Below are positions 22,501 through 34,622 of a stretch of 34,622 nt of DNA, piece by piece; position 1 is the first letter of the stretch; each line of letters opens with the position of its first letter. The position numbers and the translations under genes are program-made. A model generated the notes under the pieces. The model saw nothing but the letters and a program-made list of their open reading frames with translations. It was not told the DNA's origin and searched no databases. The DNA is from Saprolegnia diclina VS20 (taxonomy: Eukaryota), in the NCBI RefSeq assembly GCF_000281045.1, contig NW_008246085.1, forward strand, positions 110,593 to 145,214, in the 5' to 3' direction.

Positions 22501-25500
22501 GGACGACACGAAGCGACTTGTTGCTTGAGCAAGCGTAGAGGCGTCGACCGTGTGCGTCCTATCGATGGCGCTGACGGTCGAGCCGAGCACGTTGCCACCA
22601 GAGACGATCGCTGCCGTCGCATCGGCCGTCGACTTTGGCCCGGGCTATCTCCATATTGTGGTGCTTCAGGCCGAAGCGGTCGTTCTGGAAGGCGGCACCT
22701 CGATCACCGACCTTGAGCCTGAAGTACGTTGTGCGAGCGGCTGCGATACTTGAGCGCCTCCACCACCTACAACCATTAGGTCCGCGTGAGCATCAAGCCG
22801 CGGTACACCAAAGACAAGCGGGTGACGTCAAGTGCCAAGACGCGGCCGCTTGAAGTCGTCGCACCCAACCCTTCATGGCACGAGTACCTCAAACTCGAGT
22901 TCATTCCGTCCGACGACATCGCGACGCTGCACGTCCCGCCCACCGTGACGCTGTCTCTCAACGAAATCAAGCCGGTGGGAACGATGCCTCTGTGCGCTAT
23001 CTTCTGACGTCCTTGTAGCCGGGCGAAGACAGCGTTATGCATGTACTGGGGGCCGCCGACCTCCCGCTCGCAGCGTTCTTGCCGGCGACGGCCAACGCCG
23101 AGCCGTTTGCGACCAAAGTCGACTTGCTACGAGGCAACAAGTCGGTCGGCAGCCTCTACATTGTGGGTATCTTCGAGTCGCTTACCGCGCCCGAGGAGAC
23201 ACGCAAGGCAGTGCACGCGCACGCCCGCCGGCTTCGGACAACCACCCTCTCGATCGAAGGTGTCTCGTCGAGCGACGGGCGACCTGGGCGCTTCGAAGTC
23301 CATTTGCTGCACGCCACGGGCCTCTGTCACCCGCCCCACGAGCCAATTGCATGCGACGTCTGCGTCGCGTCGGCGTCCGATGAGAGCGTGCGCGTCGAGT
23401 CGCAGCCTGACGAGAGCAGCGCCGGCGAGCTCACTTGGGACCGTCAACTGACGCTCTTTACGCGATCAGCAACGTCCGACTACCTCCGTCTCGACTTTTT
23501 CGTTCGGTATTTGCAGTCAGATAGACCCTCTGGCGTAATGGACGAGCTAGGTCCATTATGGTGGGCTATCTCAAGATCCCGATCGCTACGTACAGTCAGG
23601 TGCCCCGCAAAGCGCATCGCGAGCTCCACGATATCGTGCTCAAGACCAAGGACAAGGACGCGCGTACCAAGCCCCAGGTACCGTTCACCAAGCGCACCTT
23701 GAGCCCATTCGGACGCCTTAGGCGCTATTGGAGCTCGCCTTTTTTCCCGACGAAGCGCTTCCGATGTTTGCGCCGACGGCGACCCGCAGTAGCGAAACCG
23801 GTCGCCTCCTCCTCAAGCTGGACGCGCTCGAGCCCGTCGCCGTGGACGTCTTGGAGAAGAAGCTCGCTTTGCGCTGCACGCTGTTGTACGCCACGGACGC
23901 CAGTGTCATGAGTGCGTTTCGCGTCGGGTCCAAGACCAAAGTAGCGTACGGCGACGTTCTGGAGCTGGCTGTACCCAACAAGTATACGCAGCACACGTCG
24001 TCGCTCGGCACTTGTCCGCAGCTGCGCCTCGAGCTCGTCAACGGCAGTTCGGGTATCTCGCCCTATCGCCTGGACAACGTCCTTCACGCGCATCTTGCGT
24101 AGCGTTCGGGAAGGAGGCCGTGTCGAGCGACGACGTTGCGATTCAAAGCCTTCTCTTCCACCCGCACATGGTGCTCACGAAGCGACTGCCGCTGTCCACG
24201 CTCGGCGCAACACCCTCTTGTGTTGGCTACGCACGCGTCCAGTTGGTCTACATACCATGTCTGTACTGCCGTCCGGTCCACTCGCCTTACATCGTGCGGC
24301 TTTGTAGCGGATGCACCGCCAAAAGCCAAAGCCATCGAGTACTTTGCCGTTCCCGACGACGATGAGAGCGCGAGCCGCGTGCTTCTGCCGCAGCGCGGTG
24401 TGCTCTCGGTGCGCGCGATCGCCGGCCGCAACCTCGTACCCTAACCTCACCACACAGCCAACTAACGTTTGGCGTAGGAAGAAGTCGATGTCCTTGGAGA
24501 GCAGGACCCGTACATCCAACTGCGCACGCTACCGCGGACGTATGCGTCGACAACGCCGGCGTTTGCCCAGAGCGCCGTGTGCTTGAACAGCGGCCGCCAC
24601 CCCGTGTGGAACTCGCCCGTGTTTCCGCTGCTGGTCGACGACGTACAGACGACACTTCTCTCGATCGACGTGCTCGACTCGGGCGAAGAAGACCACGTCC
24701 CGGACGCGCTAATTGGCAGTTCGAGCGTCAGTCTCGCCGCGCTCTTGGCGGTTCGCGACGCCGACGCCGACGCGTCACGCTGGAGCGAACGCTGGTTCCC
24801 GATCGTGGGTCGTGGCACCGACGCTGGCACCGTGCGCCTCGAGTACCGATTCATACCGGACGACGACGCGCGGCTGCAAAGCGAGCCGCCGACGCCGTAC
24901 ACCAACTGCGTCGGGGGAGGTGGCACACTCCACGTGCGCCTCCTCCGCGCACGCCATCTTCCGTGCACGTCTGGCATGGTGCGCATCTTCTCTTGTACTT
25001 CGTCTAACATCGCTGTAGACACCTGCCCTGCGCGCGGTCGTGGATGCGTCGCCAGGGTTTTGCCACGTCACGCGCGCTGAATCGAAACATATTCGACACC
25101 CCGTCTTTGACGAAGCGACGTCGTGTGCGCTGCGCTGGACCGCCGACCGCAGCGAGAGCGTTCTCTTGCAGCTGCACATTGTCGACGTTGTACGTCCTTT
25201 GGTCGCTTGGCGTTCAGAGGGTTAGGGTTGTCGGTAGAGTGCGCACGTGGCCAGTGCGAGCTTGCCGATTCTGGCGCAAACGACGCTCCATCTCGCCCCG
25301 TTTGTGATTCATCCGGGCGAGGTGCACCAGGCGTGGCATCAACTTCGGTCGTTTGCCTTGTCCAATGACGCGAGCGAGGGTCCGTCAGTCGAAGTCGCCT
25401 TGCAGTTTATACCCTTGTCCGACACGACGTCCACGCCGTTCGCCGAGCCCGTGCCCGAGGCGGTGTCGGGTTTGTGATCGACCTCTCGCGCCAGTCAAGT

Positions 25501-28500
25501 GATGGCTTGCATGCGTAGGACAAGTGCACGTCAAGATCCTCGAAGCAGCGTTCCGGTCGGCCGCGGTCGACACGCCGAGCGTGCGCGTCGAGCTGCGCAC
25601 GGGCAGCAAAGTACAAGCAAAGAGCACGGCGCCGTATATATCGCCGGCCGACGAGTATGCGCGCAGTGTCTGGAACGAGTCGGTGCTCTTCGACTGCGAA
25701 ACAGTCGCCGAATCGGGCTTGCCGACGCTGCGCTTTCGCGTCGCTAACGCTGCCACGTCATTTGGCGAACTCGAGCTGCCGCTCTTCCCGTTTGTGTTGG
25801 CCAAAGGCCACCTCTGCAGCGCATGGTACCCGTTGTACCTCCAGCACCAGCTCACGGCGCAGGTACGCTTTATTCGACGTGCATATGCGCCGACAACAAA
25901 CCGTTGGTCGTAGCTCAAGGTCGAGGTGCAGTTTCTTCGCACGCAGAGCACCAAGCCGCCGCCGCCCGACACGAGTTTTCTCTCGATCGAAGTCGTCGAA
26001 GGCCGGCATTTACGGCTGGCGCAAGACGGCGCCGACGCCCAAGACCCATTTGTAGAGCTGACGCTCCTCGGTCAGACATTGACGGTACGATCACCACGAG
26101 CCAGAGACTCAGACTTGACACGATGGTCTAGACCAAGCCCCACGTTGACGGCGGACGGGATCCGAGCTGGAATGAGACGTTCGAGGTGCCGCTGACGGCG
26201 TGGTCGTCATCGAGCAACCTCCCAACGCTGACCATTTCGGTGCGCAACGCCGATGCGAAAAAGCACGGCGCCGGCGTCATTGGCGAGTGCCATTGGGTCA
26301 TCCCGAAAGATGTGCTTCTCGACGGCAAGCTCCGGGATGTGATTCTCAAGCTCACCGGCGCCACGGACGGTGTCGACGTCCGTGACGACGTTAATGACGG
26401 CAACGGCGATATACAGCTGCGTCTCAAGCGGGGCAAGCTGCCGTCAGTGGTCTATGGTGACGCGCCGCAGGTGTCCCTTATGTCGGCCGGCGAGACGTCG
26501 GGCGAAGCGGGTCGGGCGACCAACACGGCTGGTGTCCTCTACCTCTTCTCGCGGGCCCCACCCACCGAGTTGGTGACCGTGACTGTCGCCACCGATGTGA
26601 CCGACGCCAGCACAGAGACTAAGGTGTCCTTGGCGGACGTGGGTGTCGTGCGCGTACCGAGTCATACGGAGGCGCTCAAGCGAAGTCTCCCGCACCCCGC
26701 AACGTCGCTGCGACTGCGCTTGAACACAGGCGCCATGTCCCTGAGCGCCGACTACGTCCGCACTGTCCTGGCGACGCCACTGCGCGAATTTCGCGATACA
26801 TATACGCTGGGCGCCAAGCCAACTGAAGCGATCGACCTCAGCCTCGTCTACGCCATGCCCGTGCAAGGGCTGCTGCGCGTTAGCTGCGTCGCAGTCGACG
26901 ACGTGCCGGTGGTGCCGGGCACCTCGTACTACGTCGAGCACCGCATTCTGCGCAATAGTCCGTGGACCAAGAGTCCGCTTGTCAAGGCAACGACGTCGGG
27001 TAACTTGACGTGGAAGACGAACCTCGCGCTGCGGGAGCTTACGTACAGCAACCTGACGGAGACGCTGCCGCCGCAGACGCAGTGCGTGCTGTACGCTGCG
27101 AGTGGCGACGAGAGCGCAGTCAAAGTCGCGTACGCCCAAGTTTCGCTGCTCAAGTACGTCTTTGCGCCCGGCACGTTGTTTCCAGAGGACGTCGTGCCTC
27201 TCAGCTGCGTGAGCGGCCGCCCCCCCGGTACGGATGTTGGACGTCTTGTCTCTGACTGGAGTCGACAGGCGCGCCGAGGCTACGCCTTGCGATCGGCTTT
27301 TACCCGAGTGCCGCAGAGATATCGCCGACAAACGACAACGCTATGGTCCAGGCCGTCGAGCTCGCCGAAGGAACGGCGGCGCTCAAGAAGGCCTTTCTTC
27401 TGCTTGGCGGCGACGCCAGCAAACCCATATCGATCGATGTGTTCCGCGCACACGCCTTGGGGAACGACCAGTGCATGCACGTGCTGGCGCCCGCGGCCGA
27501 AGCGATTGGCGGTCTCGACAAGCTCTTCGCTGCGATGGACGCCAACAACGATGGCGAGATCTCGTGGGAAGAGTACCTCGACTGCATGCAGACCGTCCAC
27601 TGCCTCGCCGATGCAGTGCTCGCCAAACCCGACGTGGTGGCCTCGACACTCGAAGATGAAGACGACGAAGATGACGAGAGCGACGATGACGTCGAGGTGG
27701 TGCCTCAAGACGATCCACAAGCTGTCGAGAATCGCCCGACGGCTCCAGTGTCTGTCGTACCGACGCCGTGGGCGACCTTCGAGCCCATTGCGCCGCTTCC
27801 AGCCCTCGCCAAGGGCATTCCTGACGCCGACAGTGACGACGACGCGCCGACAAGTCAAGTGACCAAGCGAAATGGACCGCCGCCCATGATTCCAGTGCCG
27901 AAAGCGTCGCCGTTCCCGAGCGCACCTGCGGCCAAGGCGATGGTCGCCAAAGCCAATGTCGCCAACGTAGCGTCCGTCGTCCGCGTCAACGAACGCGAGA
28001 TTGCGACATGGAAGGTGGGCGACGTTGCGCAATGGCTCGAGCATACGATCGAGCTGCCCCAGTACATTGGGAGCTTTCGCGACGCGTCGGTGGATGGTCC
28101 GCTGCTCTTGACTCTGACGGCAGACGATTTGGAGCACCAGCTGAACGTGCAGCAGCCGTTGCACCTCCGCAAATTGGTGGCCAAGGTACGTTGTGGCGGT
28201 GTTTTGAATGACAGATCGATGGGACCGACTAGATTGCCGACCTCCAAGACAAGTATGGCTTGGAATCACCGCTGCCGCGGACGTCGTCCAAGCACCGACG
28301 CGCGCCGCCAGTGTCGTCCAAGAAGGAAGCAATGTTTGCCGCACGTCTCGACGATGCCAAGCTCCACGAGCTCGGTGTCCACAGCATCCAGCGCTCCAAG
28401 CTTGACGTCAAGGTTAAGGATGCCAACCGCAAGAGCAAGGCTGCAACTGCGATCGCTGCGGCCGACCGCCGACAGTGGAACTTTGAGTACACGGGTGCCC

Positions 28501-30090
28501 CTGCACCCGAAGCGCCCGTCTCGGTCGTTGAGCGTCTCAGCAAGGTCTTGGCGGAAGACAAATCGGCGTTCGACGGCGCGATGGACGATGTGCTGGCGCA
28601 GGTCGGCGTGCTTCGCCCGACACCACCGCTCTTACGGGTGCCTCTGATCACAACCACGGACGAAGCCGTCGAGATTCTCAAGCAGGTGCGTCATTTCCTT
28701 GCCTTGATACATTGATAGATTGAACCGTGCCTAGTCGATGTGGCGACTTGGCCACGACTGTGTGCGCGCCGAGAACGACCAGCGGCAGCGCGATGACGAC
28801 GCTGCGAGTGACTTTGGAGACGCACCCGACGCGCGATTGGGGGACGCACCGAGTGACGCGGCCGACGTCATGAGTGTCACGTTTCGCGAGTTTACGCGGC
28901 TCCAAAACAACGGCGCTCGCTGGCTCAACGACAGCGCACCAACCGACGCCAAGCTCTCGCGCCTCAAGTTCCAAGGCGGCCTTCGCTCGCTCCTCAACAT
29001 TGATCTCTCGTGGCATCAATTTGGTACAGCCCTTCTCTCCTAGCGTACCTTATATGTGCGCATGCATTAGACGAGCTGTTTCGACGTCTCGACCGGCGCA
29101 AGCTCGGCGAGCTCACGCTCTCCGACTTTGTCGCTGCATTTGGCGACCCGACGCCGGGCAGCGGTCTCTCGAACGACATGCGCGTCGTCAACGAAGCGCT
29201 CACACGCATGGTCGAGCGGCTGGACGACCTCGGACTGACCTTGTTGCAGGCGTGGCAGGTACGTTTGCGATAGTCGCATCCAACGACCCTAACCCTGTGC
29301 AGGCATTCGATCGAGACAACTCGGGGGCGGTCTCACCTGCCGAGTTTGGGACGCTCGTCAAGTTTCTCACGCACGTCGAGGGCCGGGACGACCTCACCAA
29401 GCACCAAGTACTCTGCGACGTTGTCGACCGTGGAGACTCACACTAAAGGACAGGTGTTTCTCATGATGGGGGCGCTCGATACGACGTGCGACCGCCACAT
29501 CCAGCAGCCCGAGTTTCTCCGGTTCGTCTTTCTCGTCTGGTCGCACCGCCTCGGGCAGCTCCAAGACTACGTTGCGCGCTACGAAGCGGCGTACGCCCAG
29601 CACACGCGCTCCAAAGAGTTTGACGCCAACTTCGAGCTCGTGCTCCAGCGCAAACAGTCGCTGCGGCGCGCGCTGCGGCAAAACTTCTCGCGTCCCTTCC
29701 GCGATGCCATGCGCTGCGCCCCGGTCGCGGTCCCCGGCCCGTTCCAGAACCTCCTCGAGAAGCTCCATTTGAGCCCCATGAGCGACGCCCATGGTCACAC
29801 GACTCAGATCTGGGAGGTGCTCAAGGGCGGCCCGCTACCGGCGGAAACACCGATCGCGACCCCGTCAACAACCCCAAAACGTACATTGGCAGGCGCGGCG
29901 TGTCCCGATACATTGATATTTGTGTCTAGACCGCAAGCGACCGCACACCAACGAGCTTGTCGTGACAAAGCTGCGTCGACAACGCGCGCCCGAGCGCAGC
30001 CACAGCGTGCTGCGTGCGCCTCCGGTGGTGGCGCTCGACCAAACCCAGCGTTTAACCTTCGACCGGAAAAAAGACCGCGCGTACAAGTAG
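19578..30090 (+). CDS. Giant multi-C2 domain protein with EF-hands and a SAM domain (about 3,150 aa, about 23 introns)
   Basis: One continuous reading frame reconstructed through 23 GT-AG introns of 40-55 nt. About 12-14 C2-like units (e.g. PDPYL...IHVKDKDLISDHHIG; EQDPYIQL...HPVWN...VLDSGEEDHVPDALIG; AQDPFVEL...DPSWNETF). EF-hand DANNDGEISWEEY (27538-27576), SAM WKVGDVAQWL...DGPLLLTLTADDL (about 27990-28245), and further EF-hands (DRDNSGAVSPAEF). Stop TAG 30088-30090. Confidence 0.82.
20957..21010 (+). repeat. 24-bp perfect coding tandem duplication
   Basis: GCCCGCCGTGGGCTCGCCGCAGAC x2 plus GCCCGC, encoding PAVGSPQT twice in an inter-C2 linker. Confidence 0.9.
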
Positions 30091-30121
30091 GAGTACTAGT
30101 TAACGACAATCATATATCGCC

Positions 30122-31851
30122 TTACAGCTGGTCGTCGTCCATGAGGAAGCCGTTCGTGGGCATGTAGCCGCGCGGGCTCTTGGCGGCTGCGACCGCGGCC
30201 GGGTGCATGTGCCCGTCCAGTTCGTCCGACTGGTCGTCGAGCGGCATGTACTCGGCCAAAATGCTGCGCACCTGCTCGCGCATCTGGCGCTGGCTGCGCT
30301 TCCAGTACACGTAGCCGGCGCTCGCAACGCCGATACCTGCAAACGTCAAAATGACAATCAGCGTCGTAAAGCTCACGCCGTTTTGGATGATGCTGCTCGC
30401 GTCGAGCGCACCGCCTTGCTTGACGCAGCCGAGGAGCGCGAGCGGGTTCTGATCCGAGCAGCTGCAAATGGCCGGCGGGTCGTGCGTGCCGTAGCCGGCG
30501 CAAATCATGTTGAGGATCCCGCTCGTGTCGATGCGGCCACGCGCGTGCACGCCGTCGACAAAGAGCGCCGGCAGCCGGAGCAGCTGGAGCGCCGTCTGCT
30601 CCTTGAGGTCGGCCTCGAGCATGTTGTTGACCACGTCGAGGTCGCGGCCGTAGGGCTGCATGCACTGCTCGACAGCGTGGGCGTCAATCCCGTGCTTCTT
30701 CATGATGCCGAGCGCGCACTGCTTGTTCATAAACGTCTCTTCCTTCTGGTTGCACTCGTCGCCAAAGTCGTTGACGTAGCGCCACCACTTCTTGCCGACG
30801 CCCGCGTCTTCTTTCGACGTGAGCTTCCAAATGCACTTGCGCCGCAAGTTCTCAATGACCACGTCGGCGCCCGACGCGCCCGACATGCGGTCGTGGAACG
30901 GCGACGGGTCCATGAGGCAGTAGCGGCCCTTGTTGATGCACATGTTGCCGCACGGGTCGAGGCCGTCGACCACGTTGCAGCCGACGCGGGAGCCGTTGTA
31001 CGCGACAAAGCGGGGCGTAAAGAACGCACGATCGCCAAGCGCGAGGACAATGTCTTCCGTCGTCTTGAGCGTAATCTAGCGCCACATGAGCATCGATGTC
31101 CAAGAGGAGGTTGATGAGGTGCCTACCGCGCTCTGCTCGTCCCACGAGCTATGCCACATGGTCCACTCGACACGCCCGTCCGGCGACGGAATGCCCCAGT
31201 CAAACTTGACCATAACGTTGCTCACGCCGTTCGAGTGCGAAATGACCTTCTTGATCGCATCGGCGTCGCTCTTGCGGATGAGCATCGACGGAATCGTAAT
31301 GTCGCCACCCGACTCGTCGTCGTTCTAGCAGTAGGCGCATGAGCATTGCACTAAACAGGCGTAGTGAGGTAGTACCATGAACGGCAGCACCGTCTCGCAA
31401 AAGTTGTCGCCCGTCTCGCGCATGCACGCAATGTCCGAGCAGAGGCACTTGTTATCGGCGACGACGACCGCGCGGGCGCCAGCGTGCTGGGCGCGGCGCA
31501 CCTTCTCGACAAACACGCAGTCGCCGCGGTCAATCATGAGCGCAAACGGCGGCTCCCAGTTGCCCTTGGGAAAGTCTTCGCACGCCGACGTGTTGAGGTA
31601 GATGAGCTGCGTCTCGAGCGACCCGACCGAGTAGCCCGGGTACCCAAAGAGCGCGTCCTTGTGGACGTAGCCGCCCTTGATCTGGAGCGACTCGGGCAGG
31701 ATGATCTGCAGCTTCGTGTGGTCGTTCTACCGAAGGGCCATGAGCCATGGCCTACGCCAGCACCTCCATGTACCTCGATGGACGGCCATTCATTGACATC
31801 CGAGACGTCGGCAGCGGCCAAGGCCACGAGCGCCGCAAGGAGGAGCTTCAT
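30122..31851 (-). CDS. VSR: Vacuolar sorting receptor (BP-80/VSR family)
   Basis: Signal peptide MKLLLAALVALAAA; ALFGYPGYS; PA domain IDRGDCVFVEKVRRAQHAGARAVVVADN; PDGRVEW; CINKGRYC...SGADVVIENLRRKC; TM segment; cytosolic EQVRSILAEYMPLD. Several short introns. Confidence 0.93.
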
Positions 31852-32647
31852 GCTTCGGTCTGGGGGAAATCAGCGACTGGCCTTCTTCTCGAAGTCCCAA
31901 GACATATTTTTATTGTCGAATCATTTTAATTACCCAAATCCAATTGTGGTATACAAAGACGCGTTGTTTCCGCTACCTTTTATAAAAATGAGCCGTCGAA
32001 ACGAGAAAAAATATCGATCTTGGGGCCAAGATACACGAGCCAACTTTTTCGACCAAATCGGACGACCTACACTCTGCGGTTCGTATTTTAATGCAGTGAG
32101 CGCTCTATTTTTACTCCAAACTTCAATTCGTACCTAGTAAATGTATACCAAGACGCAAAATATCAGAAAAGAAGCACAGGATTCGGCCTTTCTAAATTGG
32201 TTGAACCTGGACCAAGTCGAAGCAACCACCGCGCCTCGCTGCTGTTTGCACGTTGTCGAGCGAGCGATCTGCTAGTAGATAACTAGTTGCTAATAGACAA
32301 TAACGTCCGTAGTTATCTAGTACTTATTACTAATATAGCTGCAAAGCAAACGGCCGTACCGGCAACGCCACTGCGGACGGCGATTTTGACGAACACCCAG
32401 ATTGCACTAGCGCCCTTGGTACGGGCAGCTAGCACTTCCAGCTTCTCGTACCCTACAGCAGTAGAAGGAGCGAGGACCTACTGCCCCACTGCCACACACC
32501 TACTTCGTCGTTGACCGTGTGCCAGATATGACGTCGTTCGCGGCGCCAACGTCGGCAAGCCCCAAGATAGTATCCGGTAAACCGTGCATGCATATCCGGA
32601 TAGTTCAGAGCCTCCATTTCGACCATCAACGCTCGAGGAGGTAAAGC

Positions 32648-34418
32648 ATGTCATCGGACGAAGGTACGGCGGGCATGGCGCTTGACGGCGCAGGCTCATG
32701 GGCGGCTCTAGACACTCGCAAGAAGAACGTCGCCGACATGTTCGGCGACGAGTCGGACTCGGACGATGGTGGCTTCAAGCGTACGTAGCCTGCAACGTTG
32801 ATGGGGCCTCACGCCGGCCATGTGCTAGCGGCTGCCAAGTCAGTGAACGCCGACGCGTCTGGCCTCTTTGGCTCGGACTCGGAGTCCGAAGACGAGAAGC
32901 CCAAAAAGCTCAAGAAGGCCGCGCCCAAGCCCAAGGCGGCGGAAAAGCCCAAGAAGGCGGTCAAGCGCAAGTCGCGTGACGATGAGCCTGCGCCGCGTGC
33001 GCCCGAAGGTAGACATATCCCTTGCGCCCTCTCTGCAACGGCTCTGTAGGCGACGAGTACGACTCGGGTGATGAAGTCAAGCGCTCCAAGGCCGACGACG
33101 CCTTCATCGACAACGACGACGACCTCGACGACGTGCTCGATGAGTACGGCAACGACAAGCAGGTACACTCATGTCGATCCAACGCTCCTCGATAACCATG
33201 GCATGTACAGGAGTTCCACGACGAGCGTCCGGACATGGACGACGACGAAGACGAAGCGCCCGAGCGCCAGCAGCGCGAACTCGACTTCTTCGACGAGACC
33301 ATGAAGGGGCTCAAGTCGGGCCGCGCAAAGTCCAAGATGTCGCTGTCGCAGCAAGATATGGAGAACATCACCCAAGTACCGTCCTCATCTTCCGTCTCTA
33401 GCCCGCTCAAGAGGCAACCTGCATTAGGAACTGCTCTACCGCATGGACAAGGCGTGCTCGGACGACATGCAAGCGATGGACGAGCACCGTCCGGCGCTCG
33501 AAAAGGTATTTAAAACCTTGGCTCTAGTCAAGTATGCTATATAACTGGAATCGCGTAGCTCAAGTTTGTCGACAACGCGCTCACGATGATGCGCAAGGTG
33601 CAGCTGCAACCGATGCTCCTCGACTTTGATCTGCTCGGCGTACGCCAATCTGAAGTCTGCGCCCAATCTCATTCCGGCTTTAGATCATCAAAAAGTGGAT
33701 CCAGCCGCTCGAGAACGGCGCGCTCCCGAGCCTGAGTCTGCGCTCCAAGATGCTCGACATGTGCCAGCGCATGCCCAGTACATCTACCTGTCGACAGAAG
33801 GTTGATGCTTATCCGTCTACCTAGTCTACAAGGAACACTTGAAGCGCAGCGGCTTTGGGAAGGTCGTCATGTCGCTGTGGAAGCACCCGGACGAGGTACG
33901 CCGCCACGTCATCGAATCGGACTCGGACGGTGCGTTAGACGCCCGAAAACAAGGAGCTCTGCCGCCTCATGATCGACCGCTGGAGCCGCTCCGTCTTCTC
34001 CAAGACGCTCGACTACTCGAAGCTCGGCGAGTACGAAGCCGAGAAGCGCGAAGCCAACGGCGGCTACTACCACCAAGCCGAGAAGCGGTCTATCAACTTG
34101 ATATGTATTTGGGTTGACGGAATATGTCATAGACCGTCGGGACGTACCGAGTCGGTGCGCAGCAAGGGCTTTATGAACAAGCGCTCGGACGCGAACGAGG
34201 ACGCGGACGCGTCGTCGCGCGTGCGGATTCCGCAAGCGATGCGCTTTGACTTTTCGCTGCGCCCGCAGCCCAAGGTCGACGTCAAGAACATTCCGTCGAC
34301 CAAGATGGACCCGGACTCGAAGAAGGCCAAGCTCCTGAAGCGCATGCAGATCATTGCACGCCCGAGCAAGGGCGGGAAGCGCGCCGTCAAGATGAGCATT
34401 GAAGGCCGTGGGTTGTAA
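32648..34418 (+). CDS. IWS1: Transcription elongation factor IWS1/Spn1 (TFIIS N-terminal domain)
   Basis: Micro-exon MSSDE (ATG 32648, intron 32664-32711), acidic N-terminus, then PALEK, IKKWIQPLENGALPSLSLR, HLKRSGFGKVVMSLWKHPDETPENKELCRLMIDRWSRSVF, RVRIPQ and the C-terminal AVKMSIEGRGL. INR-like CCATTTC at 32614-32620. Confidence 0.92.
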
Positions 34419-34622
34419 GCCACTAGGAACGCGACGCCCTCGTATCACTACTACTCTACTACGTATCTTAATAATGGAGCTCTGCACTCAGCTCCTTGCA
34501 GCTGCCACGTACACTTTCTGACTCACCCTTCCTAGCGCAAACCTGCCTCTTGTAGCTATTGCCCATGGAGCATCGTTCCGTCGTGCGTCTTGTGATTTTT
34601 ATTGATTTTCGTGTTATAAGAT

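Noticed and set aside
3936..31114. Long antisense or alternate-frame ORFs (3936-4880, 6718-7749, 8435-9511, 14038-15075, 27280-28344, 30203-31114 and others)
   Set aside because: They shadow well-supported genes, as expected from GC-rich codon bias, and show no recognisable motifs.
32331..32617. Possible small spliced minus-strand ORF (MEALNYPDMHARF...) with an intron-like gtag...ctgtag segment
   Set aside because: No recognisable homology, ambiguous splice phase, and its ATG coincides with the INR-like element of IWS1 only 30 bp from the IWS1 start.
1..34621. Prokaryote-type systems (CRISPR, operons, IS elements), transposons, tRNA/rRNA
   Set aside because: No repeat-spacer arrays, transposase/RT motifs, terminal repeats or structural RNA signatures were seen; the DNA is intron-rich and eukaryotic.

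Overview
Eukaryotic, GC-rich, very gene-dense DNA with many ultra-short (about 40-55 nt) spliceosomal introns. Gene content (plant-type vacuolar sorting receptor, INR-type YCAYTYY core promoters) and intron style best fit an oomycete, probably Saprolegniales; this is inference, not a database result. The ORF track fragments most genes, so I spliced them by hand. About 13 protein genes: 5' end of a cytochrome P450 (-); a large hypothetical protein (+); a PAH-like/DDHD phospholipase A1/PH/PH/PX fusion (-); two tandem ankyrin genes, the second with FYVE (+); NDUFB3/B12 (-); PEX3 (+); SEC5/EXOC2 (-); PheRS alpha (+); a MORN-coiled-coil protein (-); a giant multi-C2/EF-hand/SAM protein of about 3,150 aa (+); a vacuolar sorting receptor (-); IWS1/Spn1 (+). 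I found no supportable rRNA, tRNA, transposon or CRISPR. The most interesting items are the giant transmembrane-less multi-C2 protein, which sits head-to-head with the MORN gene (51 bp or less between start codons), and the DDHD lipase with a ZNF598-like PAH domain plus PH-PH-PX. Novelty of either cannot be confirmed without searches.
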